The position numbers were made by a program, and so were the translations under genes. 64,000 bases of DNA from Acidobacteriota bacterium (GTDB lineage: Bacteria; Acidobacteriota; UBA6911), in NCBI GenBank assembly GCA_963664705.1, contig OY761556.1, positions 4,896,001 to 4,960,000 on the forward strand. Reading direction: 5' to 3'. This document shows positions 20,786 through 30,471 of this stretch, one piece after another. Numbering within the stretch: the stretch's first letter is position 1; each line of letters starts with the position of its first letter. Below the pieces are notes generated by a model, which saw only the letters and a program-made list of their open reading frames with translations, had not been told where the DNA came from and did not search any database.

Positions 20786-21742
20786 TTAAATCTGAGGCGG
20801 TTGGCCTGCACGGCTGCCCTCCGCCGGAAACAAAAACGAGGCAACCACGGAAAGGAAAAGCAATGCCGCCACGATCCCCAGGGACAACGCAATGGGCACA
20901 TGGAAAAAGCCGGCGATCAGCATCTTGATTCCTACGAACGCCAGCACAAGTCCAAGGCCGACCTTCAGGAATCTGAATTTCCCAATCATCCCGGCCAAAA
21001 GGAAATACAGTGCGCGCAATCCGAGAATGGCAAAAATATTGGATGTGAACACAATAAAGGGATCCGTCGTGACAGCAAAAATCGCGGGAATGGAGTCTAC
21101 CGCAAAGACGATGTCGGTGGCTTCAATGGCCAAAAGCACCATCAGCAGGGGGGTGGCATATCGTCGCCCCGCTTCCTTCACGGTGAACCTGGCGCCCCGA
21201 TAGTCCGGAACGGACGGGATAATCCGGCGCGATAGACGGAGTACGATATTACGCTCCGGGCTTATATTGCCTCCCTCTCGTGCTGCCAATAGTTTGATGC
21301 CGGTGAAAACCAGGAACGCTCCGAAGATATAGATCACCCACTGGAACTGCTGGATGAGTGCCGCGCCGGCCATAATAAAGCCCGCGCGCATGAGGAGCGC
21401 TCCGACGATGCCCCAGAAAAGCACTCTGTGCTGAAGCTGTGTCGGAACGGCAAAATATGAAAACAAAACCAGGAAAACAAAAAGATTGTCGACCGAAAGA
21501 GCCTTCTCGATCAGGTACCCGGTCAGAAATTCGAGTGCGCGGTCCTGTCCAAACCAGAAATAAACGCCCGCGTTAAACAAAATTGCAAGTCCGATCCAAA
21601 CCACCGACCAGGCAAGCGCTTCACGCATTTTTACGGCGTGTGCATTGCGGTGGAACACCCCGAGATCCAGGGCGAGCATCGCAAGAACGAAAATAGTGAA
21701 CCCTATCCACATCGCGGGCGTTCCGATACTCACAGCCACCAT
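20786..21742 (-). CDS. terC: TerC/Alx family membrane protein
   Basis: 'GYLIEKALSVDNLFVF', 'QHRVLFWG', 'DIVFAVDSIPAIFAVTTDPFIVFTSNIFAILGLRALYF'; ATG 21742 with GGGAG RBS. Confidence 0.92.
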   Translation of the reverse strand: MVAVSIGTPAMWIGFTIFVLAMLALDLGVFHRNAHAVKMREALAWSVVWIGLAILFNAGVYFWFGQDRALEFLTGYLIEKALSVDNLFVFLVLFSYFAVPTQLQHRVLFWGIVGALLMRAGFIMAGAALIQQFQWVIYIFGAFLVFTGIKLLAAREGGNISPERNIVLRLSRRIIPSVPDYRGARFTVKEAGRRYATPLLMVLLAIEATDIVFAVDSIPAIFAVTTDPFIVFTSNIFAILGLRALYFLLAGMIGKFRFLKVGLGLVLAFVGIKMLIAGFFHVPIALSLGIVAALLFLSVVASFLFPAEGSRAGQPPQI

Positions 21743-21779
21743 TTCAATTCTCCCGACAAAGCTATGGCACGCATCCGGT

Positions 21780-22049
21780 TCACAGCGCACTCCCGGCAAC
21801 TCGCGGCTTTCCGTGAGTTGGCACCGATTTCTGTCGATAGCGCTTCGGGGCTTGTGACGGCCAATGTACCTCCAATTCGAGATCCACCTCTCCGAGACAG
21901 ATCTCCAATTCCTCTTCAACCACTACATGATCCGGGATCTGGATTGACTTGCTTCCGATCTTGACCGGCTTGCCCACGGATATCTGCAGCGCAAGATAGT
22001 GAAGCCGTCGCGCCAGGGCATAGCGGCTCAATTTCCGTTTTGTTTTCAT
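21780..22049 (-). CDS. Amphi-Trp domain-containing protein
   Basis: 'LSRYALARRLHYLALQI...IPDHVVVEEELE...LELEVHW' fits the amphi-Trp layout (amphipathic helix, beta strands, Trp closing the domain). Confidence 0.65.
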   Translation of the reverse strand: MKTKRKLSRYALARRLHYLALQISVGKPVKIGSKSIQIPDHVVVEEELEICLGEVDLELEVHWPSQAPKRYRQKSVPTHGKPRVAGSAL

Positions 22050-22136
22050 ACGGCCATCTCCATTTGCAAAGCACCTCTATTGTCAGAATACGGAACGGGC
22101 CTTCACTTAGACAAACAGATAAAATAACCTTATTTA

Positions 22137-22151
22137 TTCGATTTAATCGAA
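22137..22151. promoter_or_regulatory. LysR (NhaR-type) recognition site
   Basis: TTCG-ATTTAAT-CGAA dyad containing T-N11-A, in the divergent nhaR promoter region. Confidence 0.6.
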
Positions 22152-22164
22152 GTATAGTTCCGTA

Positions 22165-23103
22165 ATGGAATGGATCAACTACCACCATCTGCTCTATTTC
22201 TGGATCGTATCCCGGGAAGGGAATCTTGCACGTGCGAGCGCAGAGTTGCGCCTCGCCCAATCAACCGTGAGCAAGCAGATCCATCAGCTCGAGGCGATGC
22301 TTGGCCACAAGCTTTTCTCCAAAACCGGTCGCCGGCTGGTGTTGACCGAAAGCGGCCGCGTGGTCTTCCGGTATGCCGAAGAGATTTTCGGTCTTGGCCG
22401 GGAGATGGTCGATACCCTCGGAGATCGCCCGGTCGGAAAGCCGCTTCGGGTAACAGTCGGAGTTGCTGACATTGTCCCCAAACTGGTGGCCGAGCACGTT
22501 CTGGCTCCCGCCCTAAAGTTGACGGGGCAAGTGCGGCTGATATGCAGGGAGGACAAACCGGATCGCCTGCTGGCCAATCTGGCTCTGCATGAATTGGATG
22601 TTATTTTGACGGATGCTCCGGCCAGTCCGCAGGTAAACATCCGCGCATTCAGCCATTTGCTGGGATCTTCAGAGGTCGCCTTTTTCGGCCGATCGGAGCT
22701 CGTGTCGAGATATCGTCGCAATTTCCCGGCCTCGCTGAATAGCGCACCGGTCCTCCTCCCGACGGAGAACACCATGATGCGCAGGTCCCTGGAGCAGTGG
22801 TTTGAATCGGAAGGGATCCGGCCGGATGTTGTCGGAGAATTTGAAGACAGTGCGCTTCTAAACGTATTTGGGTTTCGAGGGGCAGGGCTGTTCCCGGCAG
22901 CCTCGGTGATCTCCAGGGAGCTCGAAAAGCAATACAAAGTCCGTTGCGCCGGCATCGTAGCGGGCGTTCAAGAACGGCTCTATGCGGTCACGGTGGAACG
23001 ACGGATAAAACATCCGACAGTCGCCGCGATCATCAAGGCAGCCGAGACTTGGTTTAAGCCGGCCCAGGGCGGAAGCCGGGAAATAGTTTCCACGCATCCT
23101 TAG
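22165..23103 (+). CDS. nhaR: NhaR-like LysR transcriptional activator
   Basis: 'MEWINYHHLLYFW', 'VGVADIVPKLVA', 'GEFEDSALL', 'ERRIKHP'. Confidence 0.88.
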   Translation: MEWINYHHLLYFWIVSREGNLARASAELRLAQSTVSKQIHQLEAMLGHKLFSKTGRRLVLTESGRVVFRYAEEIFGLGREMVDTLGDRPVGKPLRVTVGVADIVPKLVAEHVLAPALKLTGQVRLICREDKPDRLLANLALHELDVILTDAPASPQVNIRAFSHLLGSSEVAFFGRSELVSRYRRNFPASLNSAPVLLPTENTMMRRSLEQWFESEGIRPDVVGEFEDSALLNVFGFRGAGLFPAASVISRELEKQYKVRCAGIVAGVQERLYAVTVERRIKHPTVAAIIKAAETWFKPAQGGSREIVSTHP

Positions 23104-23344
23104 GCACTTCAGAAGATAGCCTGAATTTTCGAATGGCAACGCTTCCGTTGCAAAAATGCCCCCGCTTGTCGGGTGTCCCGCCGCGGTCTTAATCCACACG
23201 AAAGGCTGGCTTTACACTCCTTGTCGTATAACTGTCGCATTCCTGACATTCCCGTTCTCAGGGGCTGCGGATACCCTTCAGCTCAACGCGGTGGCGTTCC
23301 TGCCACACGCAATGGACGACCGCATGGTCCGAAGGGAGGATGTT

Positions 23345-24400
23345 TTGAAGAAACAGGATATCTTGCGCGCCTGGGGGCGCATTCTTGTTGGGAAAGCACC
23401 ATCCATGTCGATTGAGATAACGCGACGATGTCCCCTGTCGTGTCCCGGCTGCTATGCTTATCAGAACTCCCACCTCGCCAGGGAGGGTTCCCTGACCAAT
23501 GCCCGGGAATTTGAGGGAGAACAGCTTATCCGGGGAGTTCTCTCTCTGGTTGACCGGCATCGGCCGCTGCACCTGTCCATCGTAGGAGGCGAGCCGCTGG
23601 TCCGTCAGCGGGAGATAACAGCGCTCCTGCCGGAGTTGGAAAGAAGGAAGATCCATACGCAGATTGTGACAAGCGCGGTCAGTCCTATTCCGATCGAATG
23701 GAGCCATTTCCGCCACCTCACCCTGGTCGTCTCCGTTGACGGCCTGCCTTCAGAACATGACCGGCGCCGGGCCCCTGCAACCTACAACCGGATCCTAAAC
23801 CACATGCGCGGACACTTGATTACGGTCCATTGCACGATTACGCGACAGATGACTCAACGGCCGGGTTATCTTCGGGAATTTCTCGATTTCTGGTCGGAAA
23901 GGGATGAAGTTCGCAAGATCTGGATGAGCTTATATACTCCCCAAATCGGCGAATCGCGTCCGGAGCTAATTCCTCAGGATCTGCGAAAAAGAGTGATCGA
24001 CGAACTTACTATACTCAATGACGAATTCGCAAAACTTGAACTCCCGCCGGGCTTGCTGCAGGCTTACAGGACGCCACCAGCCGGGCCACGTCATTGCGTA
24101 TTCGCTCTGACCACGCAAACAATTTCGTCCGACCTTACGACCAGGGTAATCCCTTGTCAGCTTGGAGGAAGGCCCGACTGCCATCAGTGCGGTTGCATTG
24201 CGGCGGCTGGCATGCTAGCGATCAGTCGGCACCGCCTACCGGGTGGGATCCAGGCCGGCACCATTTTCACTTTATCCCATGCTTTCGGGCTTCAACTGAG
24301 AAAATGGCTCGACAATACCGCTCTATCGCGGCCGATCATGGAAGGCAATCCAATTCCGCGTATTGGTCAGAACGCGGAAATCCGAATCGATGGCGCCTGA
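23345..24400 (+). CDS. Radical SAM protein with Cys-rich C-terminal auxiliary domain
   Basis: CPLSCPGC, 'GGEPL', 'VSVDG', C-terminal 'CVFA...CQLGGRPDCHQCGC'; TTG start after GGAGG. Confidence 0.85.
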   Translation: MKKQDILRAWGRILVGKAPSMSIEITRRCPLSCPGCYAYQNSHLAREGSLTNAREFEGEQLIRGVLSLVDRHRPLHLSIVGGEPLVRQREITALLPELERRKIHTQIVTSAVSPIPIEWSHFRHLTLVVSVDGLPSEHDRRRAPATYNRILNHMRGHLITVHCTITRQMTQRPGYLREFLDFWSERDEVRKIWMSLYTPQIGESRPELIPQDLRKRVIDELTILNDEFAKLELPPGLLQAYRTPPAGPRHCVFALTTQTISSDLTTRVIPCQLGGRPDCHQCGCIAAAGMLAISRHRLPGGIQAGTIFTLSHAFGLQLRKWLDNTALSRPIMEGNPIPRIGQNAEIRIDGA

Positions 24401-24435
24401 ATCGGTCCGAAGATCAATGGGTGGTGGAGCGTGCC

Positions 24436-25311
24436 CTAGAATACGCGCTTTACGGAGGTCCCAACTTTCGAAACAAAGCTGCCGGTCTTCCGGGCCGCGA
24501 GATCCAGCGCCTGTCTGACCGCACCCAGCTCCGGTTCATCCTGGGGCCGGTTTATCGCAAGAACCGGAAGCTCGCTTGAACGAACGGGCATCTCCGCCAT
24601 TACCAGTTCGGATTGCAGGGTATGCGAATGCGGAAGTGAATCGAAAAATGCAGAGGCCTGAGAACTCTGGATCATTTCTCTTGAACCAGCATCGGAGGAC
24701 ACCACAGGTTGCGGCTCCTCAGGAATTGATTGCCGCAGGCTTACAGGGTGCTTGGATGCTGCTGCATTGACGGGTTGAGTTCTGACTTTTGCCGCTGGCT
24801 TTTCCAGTCGTGCATCGGCAATCAGCGGCACAGTATTGGGAGGTATTTCGACAGCCCGTGAAACCACCGCAGGCTTCGAAGACTCCAGGGAATGGGATTT
24901 CCCTCTTATCCCAAAATGAGTTGTGAGGATGGCTCCCGCTGCCAGACCTAAAATCAAGGTGCATACCGACAGGAAAGACCTCGTCCACACCGGCCGCACC
25001 CATTGCCGGGTCGGGTTGACCGGAATCGTCTCCAACTCCTGTCCGGAGGTCATGATGACTGCCCCCTCCGCAACCTGAGCTTCATGATCGGAATCAGGCG
25101 AGGACTCCGATCCAAGCAGTTGGGCGAAATCCGTTTCGAAAGCTACCGCAATCGCTCTCAACGTTTCAAAAGAGGCGCTGCTTGCAGTCTCGGCTCTCTG
25201 TATGGTCCGGGCACTGACGCCGGCAATTTCCGCAAGTTGTTCCTGGGTCCAGCCACGCTGGATGCGCAGAATTTTGATTTTGGGGCCATCAGGGTTGAGC
25301 TTGCCTCGCAT
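24436..25311 (-). CDS. XRE-family HTH protein with a central TM helix
   Basis: 'IKILRIQRGWTQEQLAEIAGVSARTIQRAE'; hydrophobic 'FLSVCTLILGLAAGAIL'. Confidence 0.75.
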   Translation of the reverse strand: MRGKLNPDGPKIKILRIQRGWTQEQLAEIAGVSARTIQRAETASSASFETLRAIAVAFETDFAQLLGSESSPDSDHEAQVAEGAVIMTSGQELETIPVNPTRQWVRPVWTRSFLSVCTLILGLAAGAILTTHFGIRGKSHSLESSKPAVVSRAVEIPPNTVPLIADARLEKPAAKVRTQPVNAAASKHPVSLRQSIPEEPQPVVSSDAGSREMIQSSQASAFFDSLPHSHTLQSELVMAEMPVRSSELPVLAINRPQDEPELGAVRQALDLAARKTGSFVSKVGTSVKRVF

Positions 25312-25466
25312 CGGATCTCCCAATGTCACTCGAGTTCATTGACGGACTCAAAGCTCACCAACAATACGCCCGCCATGCCGGATTGTATAGAATAAATCAG
25401 CCGCCGTCCTGATCCGGAATTGCAGCAAACACATGTTTCCCGGGTTTGTTTAGCCAAGGAGAGGGC

Positions 25467-25703
25467 TTAGTTCATTTTTTGGATAGAGGATATTTCCACG
25501 TTTGCGGAATTCAGCAGAGCGCGTACCCGCGGTTCATCGCACCAATCGAAGCGCAGCGCCATCCCGCAGTCGCTCGAAAACTCACGGGGTGTGGGAATTA
25601 ATTTGACCGAAAATCCATCCTTCAGCAGAAGCTTTTCCGAACGCAATGCCGCCGAACTTGTGTAAAACAGAATCACACCAAATATTTTGATCTCTTGAGG
25701 CAT
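25467..25703 (-). CDS. DUF3343 family putative Se/S carrier protein
   Basis: 'FYTSSAALRSEKLL', 'LIPTPREFSSDCGMALRF'. Confidence 0.85.
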   Translation of the reverse strand: MPQEIKIFGVILFYTSSAALRSEKLLLKDGFSVKLIPTPREFSSDCGMALRFDWCDEPRVRALLNSANVEISSIQKMN

Positions 25704-25709
25704 AGTGCA

Positions 25710-26852
25710 CTATTGAAGAATTTTATTTACCGCGTCGACCGCCAGATCCACTTCTTCCTTCGTTGCCTCCAATCCCAAGGCTAAACGAACAGTACCGTCA
25801 GGAAATGTCCCGATCGTACGATGAGCCGCCGGCGCACAGTGTAAGCCAACACGGCTCAGGATTCCAAATTCATCGTCCAGACGCAATCCAATTTCGGAGA
25901 CGCGATGCCGGGCTGCAGTGAAGGAAACAATCGATGTACGCCGAGTCACATCCGCAGGGCCGTAGATGTCGACTCCATCCATATTCGCCAACCCTTCAAT
26001 GAGCCGCCGGGTCAACTCAATTTCCCTTGCGCGAATCGCCTCAATTCCTCTTTCCATTATGTACTGAAGGCCGGCGCCAAGTCCGGCAATTCCCGGGCCG
26101 TTCAAAGTACCGCTTTCAAATTTATCCGGCAAATCTTCAGGCTGTATCTCGAATTCAGAACGGCTCCCGGTGCCTCCGCGCCAGAGGGGCTTCATCTCTT
26201 CAGGATGCGCTGCGCTTCCGATTATCAATCCGCCGGTTCCCTGCGGCCCCTGCAATCCCTTATGCCCGGTGAAGGCCAAGAGATCGATGCCCATGGCGCC
26301 CATATCGATGGGCACAACACCCGCCGTTTGCGCCGCATCGACCAGCAACAATGCGCCTGCTTGATGGACTATCCTCGCAATCTCATGAATCGGAAGAATG
26401 GTGCCAACGACATTGCTGGCATGAGTAACCACCACCATTCGGGTAGAGGGACGCAATGCACTGGCAAAAGACTCCGGAGCCACAGAGCCATCCCGCGCAC
26501 AGGATATCACCGTTAGTTCGATCCCTTTTTTTTCGAGATCCCGCAGCGGCCTCATGACGGCATTGTGTTCCATCGAGCTTGTGATGACATGATCTCCCGG
26601 TCCTAAAATCCCGTAGAGACACAGATTGATTGCCTGGGTAGCGTTGGCTGTGAAGATTACTTTCAGGGGATCCGGGGCATTGAAGAAATTCGCCAGAGTT
26701 TCGCGCACGTTGTAGACGATGCGTCCGGCCTCGATGGACAAACGGTGCCCGGCACGACCCGGATTGCCGCCCCTCACCAGGAAATCTGCCATCGCATGGA
26801 GAACAGCGGGCGGTTTCGGCCAGGAGGTTGCGGCATGATCGAGATATATCAT
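25710..26852 (-). CDS. Cysteine desulfurase / selenocysteine lyase family PLP enzyme (class V)
   Basis: 'IYLDHAATSWPKP', 'EHNAV', 'VDAAQTAG', 'FTGHKGL', 'RVGLHCAP'. Confidence 0.92.
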   Translation of the reverse strand: MIYLDHAATSWPKPPAVLHAMADFLVRGGNPGRAGHRLSIEAGRIVYNVRETLANFFNAPDPLKVIFTANATQAINLCLYGILGPGDHVITSSMEHNAVMRPLRDLEKKGIELTVISCARDGSVAPESFASALRPSTRMVVVTHASNVVGTILPIHEIARIVHQAGALLLVDAAQTAGVVPIDMGAMGIDLLAFTGHKGLQGPQGTGGLIIGSAAHPEEMKPLWRGGTGSRSEFEIQPEDLPDKFESGTLNGPGIAGLGAGLQYIMERGIEAIRAREIELTRRLIEGLANMDGVDIYGPADVTRRTSIVSFTAARHRVSEIGLRLDDEFGILSRVGLHCAPAAHRTIGTFPDGTVRLALGLEATKEEVDLAVDAVNKILQ

Positions 26853-26858
26853 GGGCCT

Positions 26859-27581
26859 TTATTCCAGACAATTTTGCGACATCAAGGTCGCTTCATAGAA
26901 GTTCACACCCAGATAGCACCAAGTGCCATTTCGTCGGTACTGCGCCAGACCGCGTTGGGTGCGGCCGTCAAGGTAAGAGAACAGGCCCTCGGAAAAAGCA
27001 TCATACTCGGCGGGCTGGAAAGGCCGTTCGACCCTGGCCCTGCGTCGGAGAGTAAATCCTTTCCTTTCGAACAGCGGCATGACTCTCAACGGAAAGGCCC
27101 AATCGGTAATCAGCATATATAGCCGTCCGCCGGGCATGAGATAGCGTTCGGCTTTCGCGGCCAGTCTGCGCAGGTATTTGAGCCCATCAGGTCCCCCATA
27201 CCTGGCTGCGAGAATCGGTTTCGGAGCAGGAAGCTGCGGAAGGGTTGTGATGATAATGTCAAACCGTTCCCCTCGGACCGGAGCAAAGAGGGATCCGACG
27301 CGTCCATCAACCCGCGTGATGCCATTCCGGGCGGCATTCCGGAGTGCGCAGGTTACGGCGGCGGGATCAATATCGGTAAGGACGATTTCTCCCGCTCCGC
27401 GCACCGCAGTGGAAAGACCATAGCCTCCCGCCCCGCAGCCGAGGTCAAGAACTCTGTCGCCGCGCCGAACGCGTATCGCCGCCGCAACCGTATCCGCATA
27501 CGGATCCGGATGATGCACCGGCGAGTCCACCGATAGGGAAATTGGGCTGTGGGGAGGAACCTGCAACTTAAATTTTTTCAT
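26859..27581 (-). CDS. Class I SAM-dependent methyltransferase (HemK/MTS-like)
   Basis: 'VLDLGCGAG', 'TDIDP', 'GSLFAPV...FDIIITTLPQLP'. Confidence 0.85.
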   Translation of the reverse strand: MKKFKLQVPPHSPISLSVDSPVHHPDPYADTVAAAIRVRRGDRVLDLGCGAGGYGLSTAVRGAGEIVLTDIDPAAVTCALRNAARNGITRVDGRVGSLFAPVRGERFDIIITTLPQLPAPKPILAARYGGPDGLKYLRRLAAKAERYLMPGGRLYMLITDWAFPLRVMPLFERKGFTLRRRARVERPFQPAEYDAFSEGLFSYLDGRTQRGLAQYRRNGTWCYLGVNFYEATLMSQNCLE

Positions 27582-27628
27582 AAAAAAATCTCTTTGATAA
27601 AAAAACACTCAATCGAATTACATAATGG

Positions 27629-28735
27629 CTAGGCTGTCGTTTTTTCTCTCATCAGCAAACCAAGAGTGACGCAAACAAGGATGCCGACGATCACCGCAAC
27701 CGGACCATAGGGACTGGGACCGGCCGGAGAGCTTGCCAGATTGAAATTGTGGGCAAATCCTGCGCCGACAAGCATGCCTATGACAAAGACGGCGGCATCG
27801 CCATCCCCTTCGCCGGACAAAAAGACCTGGCGGCCGGGACATCCTCCCGCCAGAGTAAATGCCAGGCCGGACAAAAGCATTCCGGCAAAATTCCACAATC
27901 CAAAGGTGTGCGCTATCGGCTGCTCCGCAAAACCGGGCTTAAATTGCCCCAACGCCAGGTTGGTTACAAATGAGGCCAGAACCAAAGCGATCACTCCGCT
28001 GAACAGATTCACATTTTTCAGGAGGATCAGATCCCGCACGGCTCCGACCGTACAGAATCGGCTGCGCTGCGCCAGAAACCCGATCAGCAAACCGGCAGCC
28101 AGGGAAATCCATATTCCCGCATGTTGGCTGCCGGGACCTTTCGCCGACAGAAATATCGGACCGATGGGTTTACCTTCCGGATCCCGCCCCAGTTGCGGCG
28201 CAAGGATCAATAAAAGCAGCAGGCCGATCATCAGAGCAGGCATTACCCATCCGAGCACATTAGAAGCCGGATGCGATCGCCCCAAGCTAAAGCCCATACG
28301 CAACAGGACTACGCCCACTGCAACCCCCGCTGCCAAACCGAGAATTCCCAGAAGTGCATTCCAGTCGCCGCCGCCCAGACGCAGAAAAGCGCGCCAGGGA
28401 CAACCCAGAAACACGAGAGCTCCGATCATGGAAAGAGCGCCCAGAAGAAATTTGATGAGCGGAGAAGATCCGGTGCGTGGACGGAATTCACGAAAGATCA
28501 ATGCCGCAACAAGAGATCCCAATATAAAACCGATGATCTCGGGCCGTATATATTGAACGGTGGCCGCGCGGTGAAAACCCAGGGCTCCCGCAATATCCCG
28601 GCTGAAACAGGCAACACAAACACCCATATTGGCAGGATTGCCCAGCTTGACCAAAATGGGAGCCAGCACACCCACCGCTAGCCCCGTGACAATTATTCCC
28701 CCGCGGGAAGACAGGAAACGGCCAATTGCGGACAT
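27629..28735 (-). CDS. yedE: YedE family putative selenium/sulfur transporter
   Basis: 'GNPANMGVCVACFSRDIAGALG', 'FLGCPWR', 'QRSRFCTVG', 'LAGGCPGRQ'. Confidence 0.9.
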   Translation of the reverse strand: MSAIGRFLSSRGGIIVTGLAVGVLAPILVKLGNPANMGVCVACFSRDIAGALGFHRAATVQYIRPEIIGFILGSLVAALIFREFRPRTGSSPLIKFLLGALSMIGALVFLGCPWRAFLRLGGGDWNALLGILGLAAGVAVGVVLLRMGFSLGRSHPASNVLGWVMPALMIGLLLLLILAPQLGRDPEGKPIGPIFLSAKGPGSQHAGIWISLAAGLLIGFLAQRSRFCTVGAVRDLILLKNVNLFSGVIALVLASFVTNLALGQFKPGFAEQPIAHTFGLWNFAGMLLSGLAFTLAGGCPGRQVFLSGEGDGDAAVFVIGMLVGAGFAHNFNLASSPAGPSPYGPVAVIVGILVCVTLGLLMREKTTA

Positions 28736-28821
28736 TATATTTATTCCTTTCGTTTCAACTTGGATTACATTGCCAGGAACATATTTTCACTATCGCTATT
28801 GTCGCTGTTGCCAGGCCTACC

Positions 28822-29667
28822 CTATGAAATAGCATCTTGAGTAATTGGCAAATACCCGACCGCATCGGACCGGCATCGCGTGCAATGATGCATCTGCCGG
28901 ACATAGGGACTCGCCCGCTGTCTCAACCATCTCATCTTTTCCTCACTGGGAGCCGCTATGCCCGCCATTTCTGTTCCAGCCAGAGGGATCAACGGCAGAA
29001 AATTCATCAAGTCCACCTGGAGGTTGCCCAGGTTCTTGGCAAGAAACGGCAAATGGTGTTCATTGATTCCAGGAACAACAACAGTGTTGATCTTGACGAT
29101 GATTCCGGCAGCTTTCAAACGACCGATGGCTTCGAGCTGCGTAGATATCAGGCCATGAGCCGCTTCCATACCTCTGAAGATTCTTCCGGCAATCGAAATC
29201 CACGGATGCAGCCGCGCCCCGATGAAGGGATCGATTGCATTGACCGTGATCGTTACATAGCCGACGTTCAAGGCGGACAAGTGCGGGATAGAGCCCATCA
29301 CATTCAATCCATTGGTGGAGACGCACAAAGCAATGTCCGGATTTTTCCTGCGAATAAGCTCAAAGGTCTTCAAGGTGCATTCCGGATCACAGAAGGCATC
29401 TCCCGGTCCCGCCACCGCCGCTACCGAGATGTGCGGCGTTTCTCGGAGTACCTGTTCCAGCCGCTCGGATGCTTCTTCCGGGCTCAACACGCCGGTGCAG
29501 ACACCGGGTCGGTTTTCATTGGGACAATCATGATCGCGGCGGCAATACGCACATTGGATATTGCAGGACGCAGCTACAGGCAGATGCACCCGCCCATATT
29601 TCCCTTTGGCCCCGGCATAAAAGCAGGGATGAATTTTCTGTTGCGTAGGCACGATGGCAGATGACAT
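28822..29667 (-). CDS. nifB: Stand-alone NifB-like radical SAM protein (no NifX domain)
   Basis: HPC, CNIQCAYC, ENRP, AGPG, TITVN and CTRCRSDAVG motifs; 281 aa. Confidence 0.8.
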   Translation of the reverse strand: MSSAIVPTQQKIHPCFYAGAKGKYGRVHLPVAASCNIQCAYCRRDHDCPNENRPGVCTGVLSPEEASERLEQVLRETPHISVAAVAGPGDAFCDPECTLKTFELIRRKNPDIALCVSTNGLNVMGSIPHLSALNVGYVTITVNAIDPFIGARLHPWISIAGRIFRGMEAAHGLISTQLEAIGRLKAAGIIVKINTVVVPGINEHHLPFLAKNLGNLQVDLMNFLPLIPLAGTEMAGIAAPSEEKMRWLRQRASPYVRQMHHCTRCRSDAVGYLPITQDAIS

Positions 29668-30471
29668 TTACGCTTTCCTCCCAGGGCGCCCGATGTGAAT
29701 GGCGTCACGAGGGCAAAGGGATGTGCAGTCGCAGCAGTTTGTGCAGTTGACCTCTGCAGGGCGAGTTCCCATTTCACAAACTTGAAGGCATTGATTGCAG
29801 CCGTCGCATTTGTCGTCTTTGTAAACCTTAAACAGGGAAAGCGATTTGATAATTTCCAATGCGCCGCCCGTGGGACAGGCAAACCGGCACCAGGCGTTGG
29901 CAAGGAGCAGTCCCAGCAGGACGAATCCCAAAACAAAAACGGACCGGATCAGCCAGAGCGGATGCGCGTTCTTGAACGTAAACGCGAACGAAGCGAAGAA
30001 CTCTCCGATTCGAATCGGCACAGCTTCACGCGGTTGTCCATAAGGCAGCCAAATGCAGAGCGCCACCAGCAGCCCGATATACTTAAAATAGGGTGCGGTC
30101 TTCGTAAAACCGTTTCTGATTCGCAGCTTTGCCGACGATGCCATTCCAAGCAGTTGATGGAGTAATCCTCCGGGACAGAACCAACTGCAAAAAGCCCTGC
30201 CAAAAACCAGCGCGGAGATAGGTAGCAGGAGCCAAAAGCCCCAGAACATCGTGAGAAGCCTGCCATGACAGGTAATGACCGGGCAGTTCTGGCAGCTTAC
30301 GTACGGCACTATGAAAGGGCAGCGAAAAATGCCGTAAAAGGACCACTGCCCAAGAACAGCCAGCGAAGCGCACTGAGCAACCCGACGCCACCGGGTAACC
30401 GGCGCTGTTTTGCTTTCCTCCCCTGACAATTCGTTCATCACTGCAAGCTGAGCCACGTTGACCTTAGACAT
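29668..30471 (-). CDS. Membrane polyferredoxin (NapH/YccM-like 4Fe-4S binding protein)
   Basis: 'GRAFCSWFCPGG', 'WCRFACPTG', CDGCNQCLQVC, CTNCCDCTSLCP; TM segments. Confidence 0.88.
   Translation of the reverse strand: MSKVNVAQLAVMNELSGEESKTAPVTRWRRVAQCASLAVLGQWSFYGIFRCPFIVPYVSCQNCPVITCHGRLLTMFWGFWLLLPISALVFGRAFCSWFCPGGLLHQLLGMASSAKLRIRNGFTKTAPYFKYIGLLVALCIWLPYGQPREAVPIRIGEFFASFAFTFKNAHPLWLIRSVFVLGFVLLGLLLANAWCRFACPTGGALEIIKSLSLFKVYKDDKCDGCNQCLQVCEMGTRPAEVNCTNCCDCTSLCPRDAIHIGRPGRKA

Noticed and set aside
23133-23152. Sigma54 promoter (TGGCAAC...TTGCA) upstream of the radical SAM gene
   Set aside because: GG-to-GC spacing is 13 nt, not the obligatory 10; better explained as a small hairpin.
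28822-29667. Nitrogen-fixation cluster
   Set aside because: Only a nifB-like gene; no nifH/D/K/E/N in the window.
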